This document shows, one piece after another, positions 37,862-50,015 of a stretch of 51,631 nucleotides of DNA (positions within the stretch are counted from its first letter, which is position 1; each line of letters begins with the position of its first letter). The notes beneath the pieces were generated by a model that saw only the letters and a list, made by a program, of their open reading frames with translations, was not told where the DNA came from and did no database searches. Source of the DNA: Parasitella parasitica NRRL 2501 (Eukaryota; Fungi; Mucoromycota); contig MU619274.1 in the NCBI GenBank assembly GCA_025201805.1, positions 67,028 to 118,658 on the forward strand, written 5' to 3'. The translations under genes and the position numbers were made by a program.

Positions 37862-39661
37862 TGTGAGTTGAAATAGGTATTCTATGGATATAACAGAAGA
37901 AAGGTAGGTCTTGAAAGAACGGGAAAATTGCGTGATTTTATGATAGTTTGTCAAATTGACAAACTGCATTTAGCGCTCTTTGGTATAATATCCTTTAATT
38001 TTTTTTTAAATCAATCAGACTCAAATTTTCGTAAAAACTGAAAATAAGAAGGGATTCAATAATAAGCTCTGAATAGAGCAATGGTTTTTATTGTGTACAT
38101 ATAACAAGTGTAATGAACAATAAAAGCACCTTATACCGGCAACCGGCATTATTTAATTGAACGTGGAAGATCCAAAAAATTAAATGAAACCGACCGTTCA
38201 TCTGTCAAAAGTAGTAAATTACATATAAAAACATACTACATCTAAAAAATCTGGAAGCAGAAAAGCTTATAGTAGGTAGTTTTAATGCAAAAATTTATAA
38301 CATTAGGAGCAACCGTAGCAGTACACAGTAATATTTCTCTGATTTCTTTTCACAGAAATGAAGTTTTAAGTAAAAAAAAATCACAGTATGGCTAGAGTAT
38401 GACTAATAGGTGTCTTTTTTTTTAATTATTTTTATGGTATTTGAATTTGAAGAGACGCAAGTAAACGCATCCAAAATGGTTAGTGGTAGTAACTTTTCTT
38501 TAGCTAATTTGCACTGACTTTGTGGAATAGAAACATTAAGAAAATATACATGTAAGCTTACGTATTTTTTCAAGTTCATAGTCGCGTAAAATGTAGATAT
38601 TGAAAGATGTTGAAAGATATTGGAAGAGTTGAAGTTTGACTCAAGAAAACTTTCGTAATCCTCTAAAATGATTTCAATTCAAGAAATTCTTCATCAGCCC
38701 TTTTCATATCATTGTTCAACAAAGACAGCATGGTGACAAAAAAAAATCGTAATCGAGACTGATGCTGTAACTGTTACCTATTTTTACGCTTAGAGATAAT
38801 AAACTGTACTGTAACATTTATTGTATAATATGCTTCAATTGGCATGGGTAAACGTTTACTTGAACATTTATACAAAAATTCAATTATTTCGTGCAACATA
38901 TAGACGTCATTTAGTAACTTGAATTCTCCTCTTAGTTTGCTTCAGTGTTACTTGATGACTAACAAATGAATACATCTACAATGTATTTATATACGGCCGA
39001 AGATGATTACATTATATATACGCTGATCAGAAATATACCTTGTTTGATTACTGGATTTCCATTTAGTTTTTTTTAAACTAAAATATATATATTCAGAATA
39101 GTGCTAAAAACAATTATGAAGGTTTTGGCCACTTTTTACCATACTATAAACGGCAACAAGAAACACTATAAAAAAAACTGAAATAACCAGCCAAACTAGA
39201 GCAAATGAGTAAAACGTAAATCTACTATTATTATAATTACAAAATTCTGGCAAATGAAATACATAGATTGGGATTGGCAGCATTTATTAAAAAACGGCCA
39301 AGCACATGTTGCACCAACATTAAGGTTCACGTCTAGTGAAAGAAAAGAGATCTACGAAAAAACATCAAGCGACGAGATAATGAATTGCCTTGACACCTTA
39401 TTGGATTAGCAACTTTATTAAGTGTAATGTGACAAGATCAACTCAAACCTTTTTGAGGCTAAATCAAAGGATTTTCAACTCCACTTTTTTACACTTCTAC
39501 TGGGTGATATTACCACAACAGGTATGACAAGTAGCGGTTATTTACGCACAATCATTTTAAAGTTATATCCTACAAACACTACATGTATACATAAATGACT
39601 TTTTTTTATGAATTCTGTCTTTCTCTTTTAAATTAATATAGTTCAATTTTCCTTACACACA

Positions 39662-41191
39662 ATGAATACTGCCTCGCCTAATGGGATCACCACAATTGCT
39701 AATAAGAAGAACAAATCATCTTCAGCCACTCCTACAATAGCAACTGCCCCTCAAGTGCCATCATCGACTAATTTAAACTATTATGATCCAAGACATTCAA
39801 CGGCCTATTATAATCCGGCTTCCACTGCAACCCCTGTTCAGCACTCGCTATACATGAATCCTACCAGTTTGCAAAATAACCATCCGAATGATATACATTC
39901 GGTCTCTCCTGTGAGTGCGGCTACAGCCGCTGCCGCCGCCGCCGCTGCTGCTGCTGGGCTGGGACCCAGTAATTCATTACCTCCTTTATCACATTTATTA
40001 CCTACTAATATTAACAACGTTCCTGTTGCTTCTGCTGATCATTCTAAGAATACAAAGATGATTGCTAACTCTGCAAATCATGAAGATGTGGAATACTTCA
40101 ATCCACTTAGTAAAACTCCATCCAACGATGCCAGTTTTGTTCAGCCGCATCATTACTCTACAGTTATTTCTCATCCACACCATGTTTCTTATAGTAAATC
40201 TATCGACTGTCAAAGAACAAGAATGTTCCCTTCTTCTGCTGCTCCTTCCGCCGATGATCCTGTAAGAGGTTACAGCTCAATATCATCCACCCAGCAACAT
40301 AATGGATATTACATGATGCCAGCTCAAAATGTGAACCCTCACTATGGCCAGCATCCAGCGGCACCAAATGCAATTTTACCATCTACTGATTTATCTGTAT
40401 TTCCTCCTTCATCTCAACAACATCAGCATCATCACCATGGTATGTACCCTCCTTCTGGTAGAAATTACGGTCAACTTTATCATTTACCATCTCCCCCCAC
40501 GTCAGTGGTCGACGGCGTCCTTATTGTTGACGCAAACAATCATCAACATGTTATTAATGGTGGAATAACTACTAATAGCCAAAAAATATTCTCCTTTGTG
40601 CCTTTGCCTGGTCTCAATCAAACGAAAAGACCCAGAAGAAAGTTTCATGAGGTTGAACGATTATATCAATGCAATTTCCAAGAATGTACAAAGTCTTATG
40701 GCACTTTAAACCACTTGAATGCTCATGTTTCCATGCAAAGACATGTAAGTTGGTTACTATGCAATGTTGGATATAAGCTAATTGCTATGAACCATCAGGG
40801 TCCTAAAAGACAGCCATCAGAATTCAAAGAACTTCGCAAAATGTGGAGAAAACAAAAACGCGACAAAAAGCAGCGTTCAACGTCTAGATCTTTAGATGAA
40901 TACGGAAAAGATTTTGAAGATGAAGAGCAAGATCATCAAGATCATGTCAATGCTCCAATGCAACTTACAGAAAACAGTATTTTAAGCCACTCTATGCCAA
41001 CGCTTTCTTCATCTGCTAGACACCAACAAATGATGCACCATGAATATAATCCTTCCATGCCACCTTATATGCAACAACATCCATTAATGACACGTCCACC
41101 TCCACCACCTCCCCCTCCACCATCAGCACATTGGACAAATCGTTCACATCAATATGATCATGCCGCTGAATTCATGCCATCTGAATATTAG
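39662..41191 (+). CDS. Con7-like C2H2 zinc-finger transcription factor (one 54-nt intron, 40745-40798)
   Basis: RPRRKFHEVERLYQCNFQECTKSYGTLNHLNAHVSMQRH/GPKRQPSEFKELRKMWRK matches the fungal Con7 finger once the GTAAGT...CAG intron is removed. The rest is low complexity. Confidence 0.88.
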   Translation: MNTASPNGITTIANKKNKSSSATPTIATAPQVPSSTNLNYYDPRHSTAYYNPASTATPVQHSLYMNPTSLQNNHPNDIHSVSPVSAATAAAAAAAAAAGLGPSNSLPPLSHLLPTNINNVPVASADHSKNTKMIANSANHEDVEYFNPLSKTPSNDASFVQPHHYSTVISHPHHVSYSKSIDCQRTRMFPSSAAPSADDPVRGYSSISSTQQHNGYYMMPAQNVNPHYGQHPAAPNAILPSTDLSVFPPSSQQHQHHHHGMYPPSGRNYGQLYHLPSPPTSVVDGVLIVDANNHQHVINGGITTNSQKIFSFVPLPGLNQTKRPRRKFHEVERLYQCNFQECTKSYGTLNHLNAHVSMQRHVSWLLCNVGYKLIAMNHQGPKRQPSEFKELRKMWRKQKRDKKQRSTSRSLDEYGKDFEDEEQDHQDHVNAPMQLTENSILSHSMPTLSSSARHQQMMHHEYNPSMPPYMQQHPLMTRPPPPPPPPPSAHWTNRSHQYDHAAEFMPSEY

Positions 41192-43174
41192 ATGTATAAA
41201 TATATCACCCAGCTACTTATATAACACCTACTTGCCATTTTGCCTCATCATTATCACTATTATTATCTATGCCATAATGTACATACTAAATATTTATTCT
41301 CTATCTTATATATTGTAACCAGAAAAACTCAATAAAACTATCGATTATTTCATTTACTTTGATCCTTCAGCATAATTATAAAAAACTTGTTAGTTTAATG
41401 TCGTACTGGATAATCTTCATGAAATGCACGTGGTGAAACATGAAAAATATTTGCATGTGCATTACATTTACGTACGATGTTATAATCCTGGAAGATACCA
41501 CGGTATTGGTTGTTTATTGCATGTTTGCAAAATAAAAAAAACCAAAAAAATTTACCGTATATTTTATAGACTTTTTCAACTAATGTCAATAAGGTATTTA
41601 AAAAGAAGACTAGAGAATAATCGTGGACCACAAGCGCATGTAACAACCAAGATGCGGGTTCGTTGCAATCAAATTTTTTCATTTACAAAATCTAATTTAC
41701 ACAAGCAAGATACAAAATTAATCAATCGGAAGACAAACCTTAAAACCTGTATTCTGGCGACAAAAAATTGATGGGGGCGCTAACGATAGGTAAAGTAGTA
41801 GCGGCGGCGGTAACGGAGGCGAAGAGAAGATTTTCAAGGTTTATTATGTGCTGTTTGTTTTGCTTATTGATTTACAACTTTTTTGTTTCATTTACTTGCA
41901 TGATTTTCAAAAACACAATAAGAAAATTGTTTAATGCTAATGTTAAAACTGTGTGTCATCGAAAATTTGGTTCTATAGTTATAGTTGAATGCTTTCCTAA
42001 TGGTAGAAAAAAAAAATGGCATTATGATATATCACCATAGCAACAATAGTGGCACCTTAGCGACCAAATACCTGGCAACCAGGAACAGATCAGATAACAG
42101 ATCTACCGTAGTAACTTAAAAAAAAAAGTGATTACTTGTTGCAGTCGAGATAGCCATTATCTTAATACAACCTGAACAGCCACAGTAAATGACGTACATT
42201 TTTAATTGAAAGTATAACAATACACTTAATGATCGTGGTGTTAGTTGTATTGATGTAGTAGCTCAGATTATTTCTCACAGTCCCAAAGTATCATATCTTG
42301 TAACGTGATTGAAATGATGAAAATATACAACATTGCCTTGATCGAGAAGTTTAAGATCGATAATTAGATGTGATGGAAAACCCAGGGGCAAGCAAGTGAA
42401 CGAAAAAATGGGTTGGGGGAGGAATGCAAATGGTCACGAGCGGAGACATACTTATCCGCGCAAAGGCCTTTTGATGCTAAAGGCTTCCCCCATCCATTGG
42501 CAAGTGATAGATGGGATTAGTCGAGATATGAAATACCGCCCATTCGTTTTTTTTATGTTTGAAACAATAAGCCCTTCATTTTTTTGTGTATTTTTTTTTA
42601 AAAAAAAAAGTTGACATATTCATTAAAAGAAAAAAATATTATGCGTATATACGTGGTAATCAGAATTGTTAATTTCATCTGGTAATAAATAACCCCAAAT
42701 CCAACAGATTTTTTCCATCCCCAAAATCGAAAACCCTACCAAAGAGCTCAAAAAATCAACAAAAAAGAACATGTAGCCTAAAATTACAAACGGCTTCAGC
42801 TGTTGGGGTGCTCTGGGCCATACCAATGCATTGATTGGCACCTGCTTCAAACCCAGTGATGCTTTGAGGTTGCTTCAAACAATCCCGGAAAGGTGGGGAA
42901 AGACTGTACTCCGAGTTCAAATTTCATTGAATACCATCCCATTGCAGTATCATTTTCCCTCTTTTTTTCCTCTTCTTGCAACTTGTAATATAATATTTTT
43001 TTCTGTGGGAGACAGTAAAAAGTAGTATTTCATTTTTCTCTTTCTTTTTTTCTAGACCGTTGTTGTGTTGATTTGTGAATTTTATACAAGGATTAAACAA
43101 TTGATTTGCGCGTGCGTTATATAACATCAAGACATTCCATTCTACAGAGAAAAAAGAAGAAAAATACAGACATA

Positions 43175-46100
43175 ATGGTTGAACACAAGAATTTACCTGG
43201 CCACTTTCTTGGTAATTGATTGCAATATAAAATCAGCTGGAAACGTCTAAATTTAACTTTTGTTATACACAGGTGGTAATTCGCTCGAAGCTGCTCCACA
43301 AGGTCCCGTCAAAGACTTTGTTCAAGCACATGAGGGCCACACAGTAATTTCAAAAGTTTTGATTGCCAACAATGGTATGGCTGCAATGAAAGAAATCCGC
43401 TCAGTAAGAAAATGGGCTTATGAAACGTTTGGCAATGAGAGAGCCATTGAGTTTACTGTAATGGCAACACCCGAAGACTTAAAGGCCAATGCTGAATACA
43501 TTCGCATGGCTGATAATTTTGTCGAAGTTCCTGGTGGATCAAACAACAACAACTATGCTAATGTCGAACTTATTGTTGACGTTGCAGAAAGAACTGCTGT
43601 TCATGCTGTTTGGGCTGGCTGGTAAGTGTATACATGAGTTTTCTTTATTTTTGGGGTGGAAACACTGACATGCTATATATATATATCAAGGGGTCATGCT
43701 TCTGAAAATCCTCGCTTGCCAGAGATGCTTGCCAAATCCAAGTATAGATGTTTATTCATCGGTCCTCCTGCATCTGCTATGAGATCATTAGGTGATAAGA
43801 TTTCATCTACAATTGTCGCACAAAGTGCCCAAGTGCCTACAATGGGTTGGAGTGGTGATGGCATTACCGAGACGGAATTTGATGAGGCAGGCCATGTCAT
43901 TGTCCCTGAAAAAGTATACAATGAGGCTTGTGTTAAAACTGCTGAAGAAGGTCTCAAGGCCGCTGAAAAGATTGGCTTCCCTGTAATGATCAAGGCTTCT
44001 GAAGGTGGTGGTGGTAAGGGTATCCGTATGGTTAAGGACGGCTCCAATTTCGCCCAATTGTTTGCTCAAGTTCAAGGCGAAATCCCTGGTTCTCCCATCT
44101 TCATTATGAAGCTGGCTGGTAATGCTCGCCATTTAGAAGTTCAGTTATTAGCAGATCAATATGGTAATGCCATCAGTTTGTTTGGTCGTGATTGTTCAGT
44201 CCAACGTCGTCATCAAAAGATCATCGAAGAAGCCCCTGTTACTATCGCCAAGCCCGATATATTTGAGCAGATGGAAAAGGCAGCTGTTAGACTTGGTAAA
44301 TTAGTAGGTTATGTCTCTGCCGGTACTGTAGAATATCTTTACAGCCACCACGACGATCAGTTCTATTTCTTGGAATTAAATCCTAGATTGCAAGTGGAGC
44401 ATCCTACTACCGAGATGGTCTCTGGCGTCAATTTACCTGCTGCTCAGCTTCAGATTGCTATGGGCATCCCGCTCCATCGTATCCGTGATATCCGTGTTCT
44501 CTATGGCGTCCAGCATAACAGTAGCTCTGAAATTGATTTTGGGTTTGAGCACCCTACTTCGCTTACTAGCCATCGCCGCCCTACCCCCAAGGGCCATGTC
44601 ATTGCTTGTCGTATTACTGCTGAAAACCCTGACGCTGGCTTTAAGCCCTCGTCTGGTATCATGCAAGAACTCAACTTTAGATCGAGCACTAATGTTTGGG
44701 GCTATTTTTCTGTTGTTTCTGCTGGTGGCTTGCACGAGTACGCTGATTCCCAATTTGGCCACATCTTTGCTTATGGTGAGAATCGTCAACAGGCTCGTAA
44801 GAACATGGTTATTGCTCTCAAAGAGCTTTCTATTCGTGGTGATTTCCGTACTACTGTCGAGTACATCATTCGCTTGCTCGAAACCCCCGATTTTGAAGAA
44901 AACACTATCAATACTGGCTGGCTGGATATGTTGATTTCTAAAAAGTTGACAGCTGAACGCCCTGACACCATGTTGGCTGTATTTTGTGGTGCTGTTACCA
45001 AGGCTCACATGGCTTCTTTGGAATGCTTCCAACAATACAAGCAATCATTGGAAAAGGGCCAAGTCCCCAGCAAGGGCTCTCTCAAGACGGTTTTCACTGT
45101 TGATTTCATTTACGAAGATGTTCGCTATAACTTTACCGTCACCCAGTCTGCTCCTGGTATATATACTTTGTATTTGAACGGTACAAAGACCCAAGTTGGC
45201 ATCAGAGATCTTTCAGATGGAGGTCTTTTGATTTCTATTGACGGTAAATCTCACACCACTTATTCTCGTGATGAAGTTCAAGCTACTCGTATGATGGTGG
45301 ATGGCAAGACTTGTCTTTTGGAAAAGGAGAGCGACCCTACGCAATTGAGAAGTCCTTCTCCTGGTAAGCTTGTCAATTTGCTTGTTGAAAATGGCGACCA
45401 TTTGAAAGCTGGTGATGCCTATGCTGAAATTGAGGTAATGTGTATTTGGAAGGCTTGGATCACTGGAATGAGCGTATTGACATACATAATGTAGGTGATG
45501 AAAATGTATATGCCTTTGATTGCTACCGAAGATGGCCATGTTCAATTTATCAAGCAAGCAGGAGCTACGCTTGAAGCTGGCGATATCATCGGTATTTTGT
45601 CGCTTGATGATCCTAGCCGTGTCAAGCATGCTCTTCCTTTCAATGGAACTGTACCTGCTTTTGGTGCTCCTCATATCACTGGCGACAAGCCTTTCCAACG
45701 GTTTAATGCTACCAAGCTTACCCTTGAACATATTCTCCAAGGCTATGATAACCAAGCTCTTGTCCAAACTGTTGTCAAAGACTTTGCTGACATTTTGAAC
45801 AACCCCGACTTGCCTTACTCTGAATTGAATACTGTGCTCTCTGCTTTGTCTGGTAGAATTCCTCAGCGTTTGGAGGCCTCTATTCATAAGCTGGCTGACG
45901 AATCCAAGGCTGCTCATCAAGAATTCCCTGCTGTTCAATTTGAAAAGTTGGTCGAAGACTTTGCACGTGAACATATAACTCTTCAATCTGAAGTTACTGC
46001 TTATAAAAACTCGGTTGCTCCTTTGAGTAGTATCTTTGAGCGTTACAGAAATGGTCTTGCTGAACACGCTTACGCCAACTATGTTCAATTGATGGAGTCT

Positions 46101-49100
46101 TACTATGATGTCGAGATTTTGTTCAATCAACAGCGTGAAGAGGAAGTCATCTTGTCTCTCAGAGACCAGCACAAGGATGATTTGGACAAGGTGTTGGCTG
46201 TTACTCTTTCTCACGCCAAGGTTAACATCAAAAACAACGTTATTCTGATGTTGCTTGAGCTGATTAACCCTGCTTCCACTGGAAATGCCCTTGACAAGTA
46301 CTTTACTCCCATCTTGAAGCGTTTGTCAGAAATCGAAAGCCGTGCTACTCAAAAGGTAACACTTAAAGCGCGTGAACTCCTGATCCTATGCCAATTGCCT
46401 TCGTATGAGGAGCGTCAGGCTCAAATGTACCAAATTCTAAAGAATTCCGTCACTGAGTCTGTGTATGGTGGCGGTTCTGAATACCGCACTCCTAGCTATG
46501 ATGCCTTTAAAGATCTCATTGATACAAAATTCAACGTCTTTGATGTCTTGCCTCATTTCTTTTACCATGATGATCCTTATATCGCTTTAGCTGCTATTGA
46601 GGTGTACTGCCGCCGTTCATACCATGCTTACAAGATCTTGGACGTTGCGTACAATCTTGAACACAAGCCTTACATTGTCGCCTGGAAGTTTTTGCTTCAG
46701 ACTGCTGCCAATGGCATTGATTCCAACAAGCGTATCGCCTCCTACTCCGATCTCACCTTCTTGCTCAACAAGACCGAGGAAGAGCCTGTTCGTACGGGCG
46801 CCATGACTGCATGCAACTCGTTGTCTGATCTTGTAGCCGAAATGCCTCGTATTTTGACTGCATTCGAAGAAGAGCCTCTGCCTCCCATGTTACAACGCAA
46901 TGCTGCACCCAAGGAAGCACGTATGGAGAACATTCTCAACATTGCCGTTCGTGCTGATGAGGAGATGGACGATACAGCTTTCAGGAACAAAATCTGTGAG
47001 ATGATCACCGCCAATGCTGATGGTTTCCGTCAAGCCCATCTTCGTCGTATTTCCGTCGTTGTCTGTCGCGAGAACCAATGGCCTGATTATTACACTTTCC
47101 GCGAGCGTGAAAACTACCAAGAAGACGAAACTATCCGCCATATTGAGCCCGCTATGGCCTACCAACTTGAATTGGCCCGTCTTTCCAACTTTGACATCAA
47201 GCCCTGCTTCATTGAGAATAGACAAATGCACGTTTACTATGCCACTGCCAAGGAAAATCCTTCTGATTGCCGTTTCTTCATTCGCGCCTTGGTTCGTCCT
47301 GGTCGTGTCAAGAGCTCGATGCGCACTGCTGACTATTTAATCTCTGAGAGCGACCGTCTCTTGACTGACATTCTTGATACGCTCGAGATCGTCAGCCATG
47401 AATACAAGAACTCTGACTGTAACCACTTGTTTATTAACTTTATCCCTACCTTTGCTATCGAAGCTGACGATGTTGAGCACGCCTTGAAAGACTTTGTTGA
47501 TCGTCATGGTAAGCGCCTCTGGAAGCTCCGTGTCACTGGTGCCGAAATTCGCTTCAACGTGCAATCCAAGAAGCCTGATGCTCCCATCATTCCCATGCGC
47601 TTCACTGTTGACAATGTCTCTGGCTTCATTTTGAAGGTTGAGGTTTACCAAGAAGTCAAGACTGAAAAGAACGGCTGGATTCTCAAGTCTGTCAACAAGA
47701 TCCCCGGTGCCATGCATATGCAATCTTTGTCTACCCCCTATCCTACCAAAGAATGGCTCCAGCCTCGTCGCTACAAGGCTCACTTAATGGGCACTACCTA
47801 TGTTTATGACTTCCCCGAGCTCTTCCGTCAATCTGTCCAAAACCAATGGACTCAAGCCATTAAACGTAATCCTCTTTTGAAGCAGCCCAGCCATTTGGTA
47901 GAAGCCAAGGAACTGGTTCTTGACGAAGATGACGTCTTGCAAGAAATTGAGCGTGCTCCTGGTACCAACACTGTCGGCATGATTGCTTGGATCATGACTA
48001 TTCGTACCCCTGAATACCCCAGTGGCCGTCGTATCATTGCCATTGCCAATGATATCACTTTCAAGATTGGTTCATTCGGTGTTGCTGAGGATCAGGTCTT
48101 TTACAAGGCATCCGAACTTGCTCGTTCTCTTGGTATTCCCCGCATCTACTTGTCAGCCAACTCTGGTGCTCGTATTGGTCTTGCCGAAGAGCTTATCAGC
48201 AAATTTAGAGCTGCCTGGGTGGACCTCTCCAATCCTACTGCGGGTTTCAAGTATCTTTACTTGACTCCTGCCGAATACGACGCTCTTGTCCAGCAAGGCG
48301 ATGCAAAGAGTGTCGTCGTCGAGGAAATCCAAGATGAGGGCGAGGTTCGTCTTCGTATTACTGATGTCATTGGCCATACCGATGGCCTTGGTGTTGAAAA
48401 CTTGAAGGGTTCTGGTCTTATTGCTGGTGCCACTTCACGCGCTTACGATGATATCTTTACCATCACTCTTGTCACTTGTCGTTCCGTCGGTATTGGTGCC
48501 TATCTTGTCCGTCTTGGCCAACGTACTGTTCAGAATGAGGGCCAACCCATCATCCTGACGGGTGCCCCTGCTTTGAACAAAGTTCTTGGCCGTGAAGTGT
48601 ATACTTCCAACTTGCAATTGGGTGGCACTCAAATCATGTACAAGAATGGTGTCTCTCATTTGACGGCAGAGAATGATCTTGAAGGTATCGCCAAGATCGT
48701 TCAATGGCTTTCTTTCGTCCCTGATGTTCGTAATTCCCCTGTTTGTATGCGTTTGGGCGTCGATCCCATCGATCGTGATATTGAATACACTCCTCCCAAG
48801 GGTCCTTCTGATCCTCGTTTCTTCTTGGCCGGCAAGAGCGAAAACGGTAAATGGTTGAGTGGCTTCTTTGATCAAGACTCTTTCATCGAAACCTTGAGTG
48901 GTTGGGCTCGTACAGTGGTCGTTGGCCGTGCTCGTTTGGGTGGCATTCCTATGGGTGTTGTTTCTGTCGAGACTCGTACCGTTGAAAACATTGTCCCTGC
49001 TGACCCTGCTAATTCTGACTCTACTGAGCAAGTCTTTATGGAAGCTGGTGGCGTTTGGTTCCCCAACTCTGCCTACAAGACTGCGCAAGCCATCAATGAT

Positions 49101-50015
49101 TTCAACAAGGGCGAACAACTGCCTCTAATGATCTTTGCCAACTGGCGTGGCTTCTCTGGTGGCCAACGCGACATGTATAATGAAGTCTTGAAGTATGGTG
49201 CTCAAATCGTCGATGCTCTCAGCAACTACAAGCAGCCTGTCTTTGTATACATCATCCCCAATGGCGAACTTCGTGGTGGTGCCTGGGTCGTCGTTGACCC
49301 TACAATCAATAAGGATATGATGGAAATGTACGCTGACAACAAAGCTCGCGGTGGTGTTTTAGAACCTGAGGGTATCGTGGAAATCAAGTACCGTAAGCCT
49401 GCTTTGTTGGCTACTATGGAACGTCTTGATACCACCTATGCCTCTTTGAAGAAGCAATTGGCTGAAGATGGTAAAACTGATGAAGAGAAGACAGCTATCA
49501 AGGCTCAGATTGAAGCTCGTGAACAAGAACTTTTGCCTGTATACCAACAAATATCTATCCAATTTGCTGACCTTCATGACCGCTCTGGTCGTATGAAGGC
49601 CAAGGGTGTTATCCGCAAGGCTCTAGACTGGCGTCGTGCTCGCCATTACTTTTACTGGCGTGTTCGTCGCCGTCTTTGTGAAGAGTACGCTTTCCGCAAG
49701 ATTGCGTCTGCCACTAGCTCTTCGCCTTTGACTCGTGAGCAAATTTGCGATCTCGTCAAGCAATGGTTTACCAATGATAACGAATCTGCCGAGTTCGAGG
49801 ATGCTGATGAACTTGTCGCCGGATGGTTTGAAAAGCGTGCCAGTGTCATTGATCAACGTATCAGCAAACTAAAGAGCGATGCTACCAAGGAACAAGTCAT
49901 TTCTCTTGGTAATGCCGATCAAGAGGCTGTCGTCGAAGGCTTCAGCCAACTGATGGAAAACTTGAGCCAAGAGGCTCGTGCTGAAATATTGCGTAAACTC
50001 AATTCTCGTTTCTAA
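43175..50015 (+). CDS. ACC1: Acetyl-CoA carboxylase (biotin carboxylase, BCCP, central and carboxyltransferase domains), 4 exons
   Basis: Start [14 protein letters not shown]. Introns 43212-43272, 43622-43690 and 45435-45494. Motifs [25 protein letters not shown], the biotinylation site EIEVMKM, and CT motifs SANSGARIG and [13 protein letters not shown]. Confidence 0.99.

Noticed and set aside
42447-42484. U1-like ATACTTA and U5-like GCCTTTT
   Set aside because: The invariant ACTTACCTG and GCCTTTTAC motifs and an Sm site are missing.
43694-49856. Many antisense and alternate-frame ORFs (up to 333 aa) over ACC1
   Set aside because: They are explained by codon bias of a long, highly expressed sense gene.
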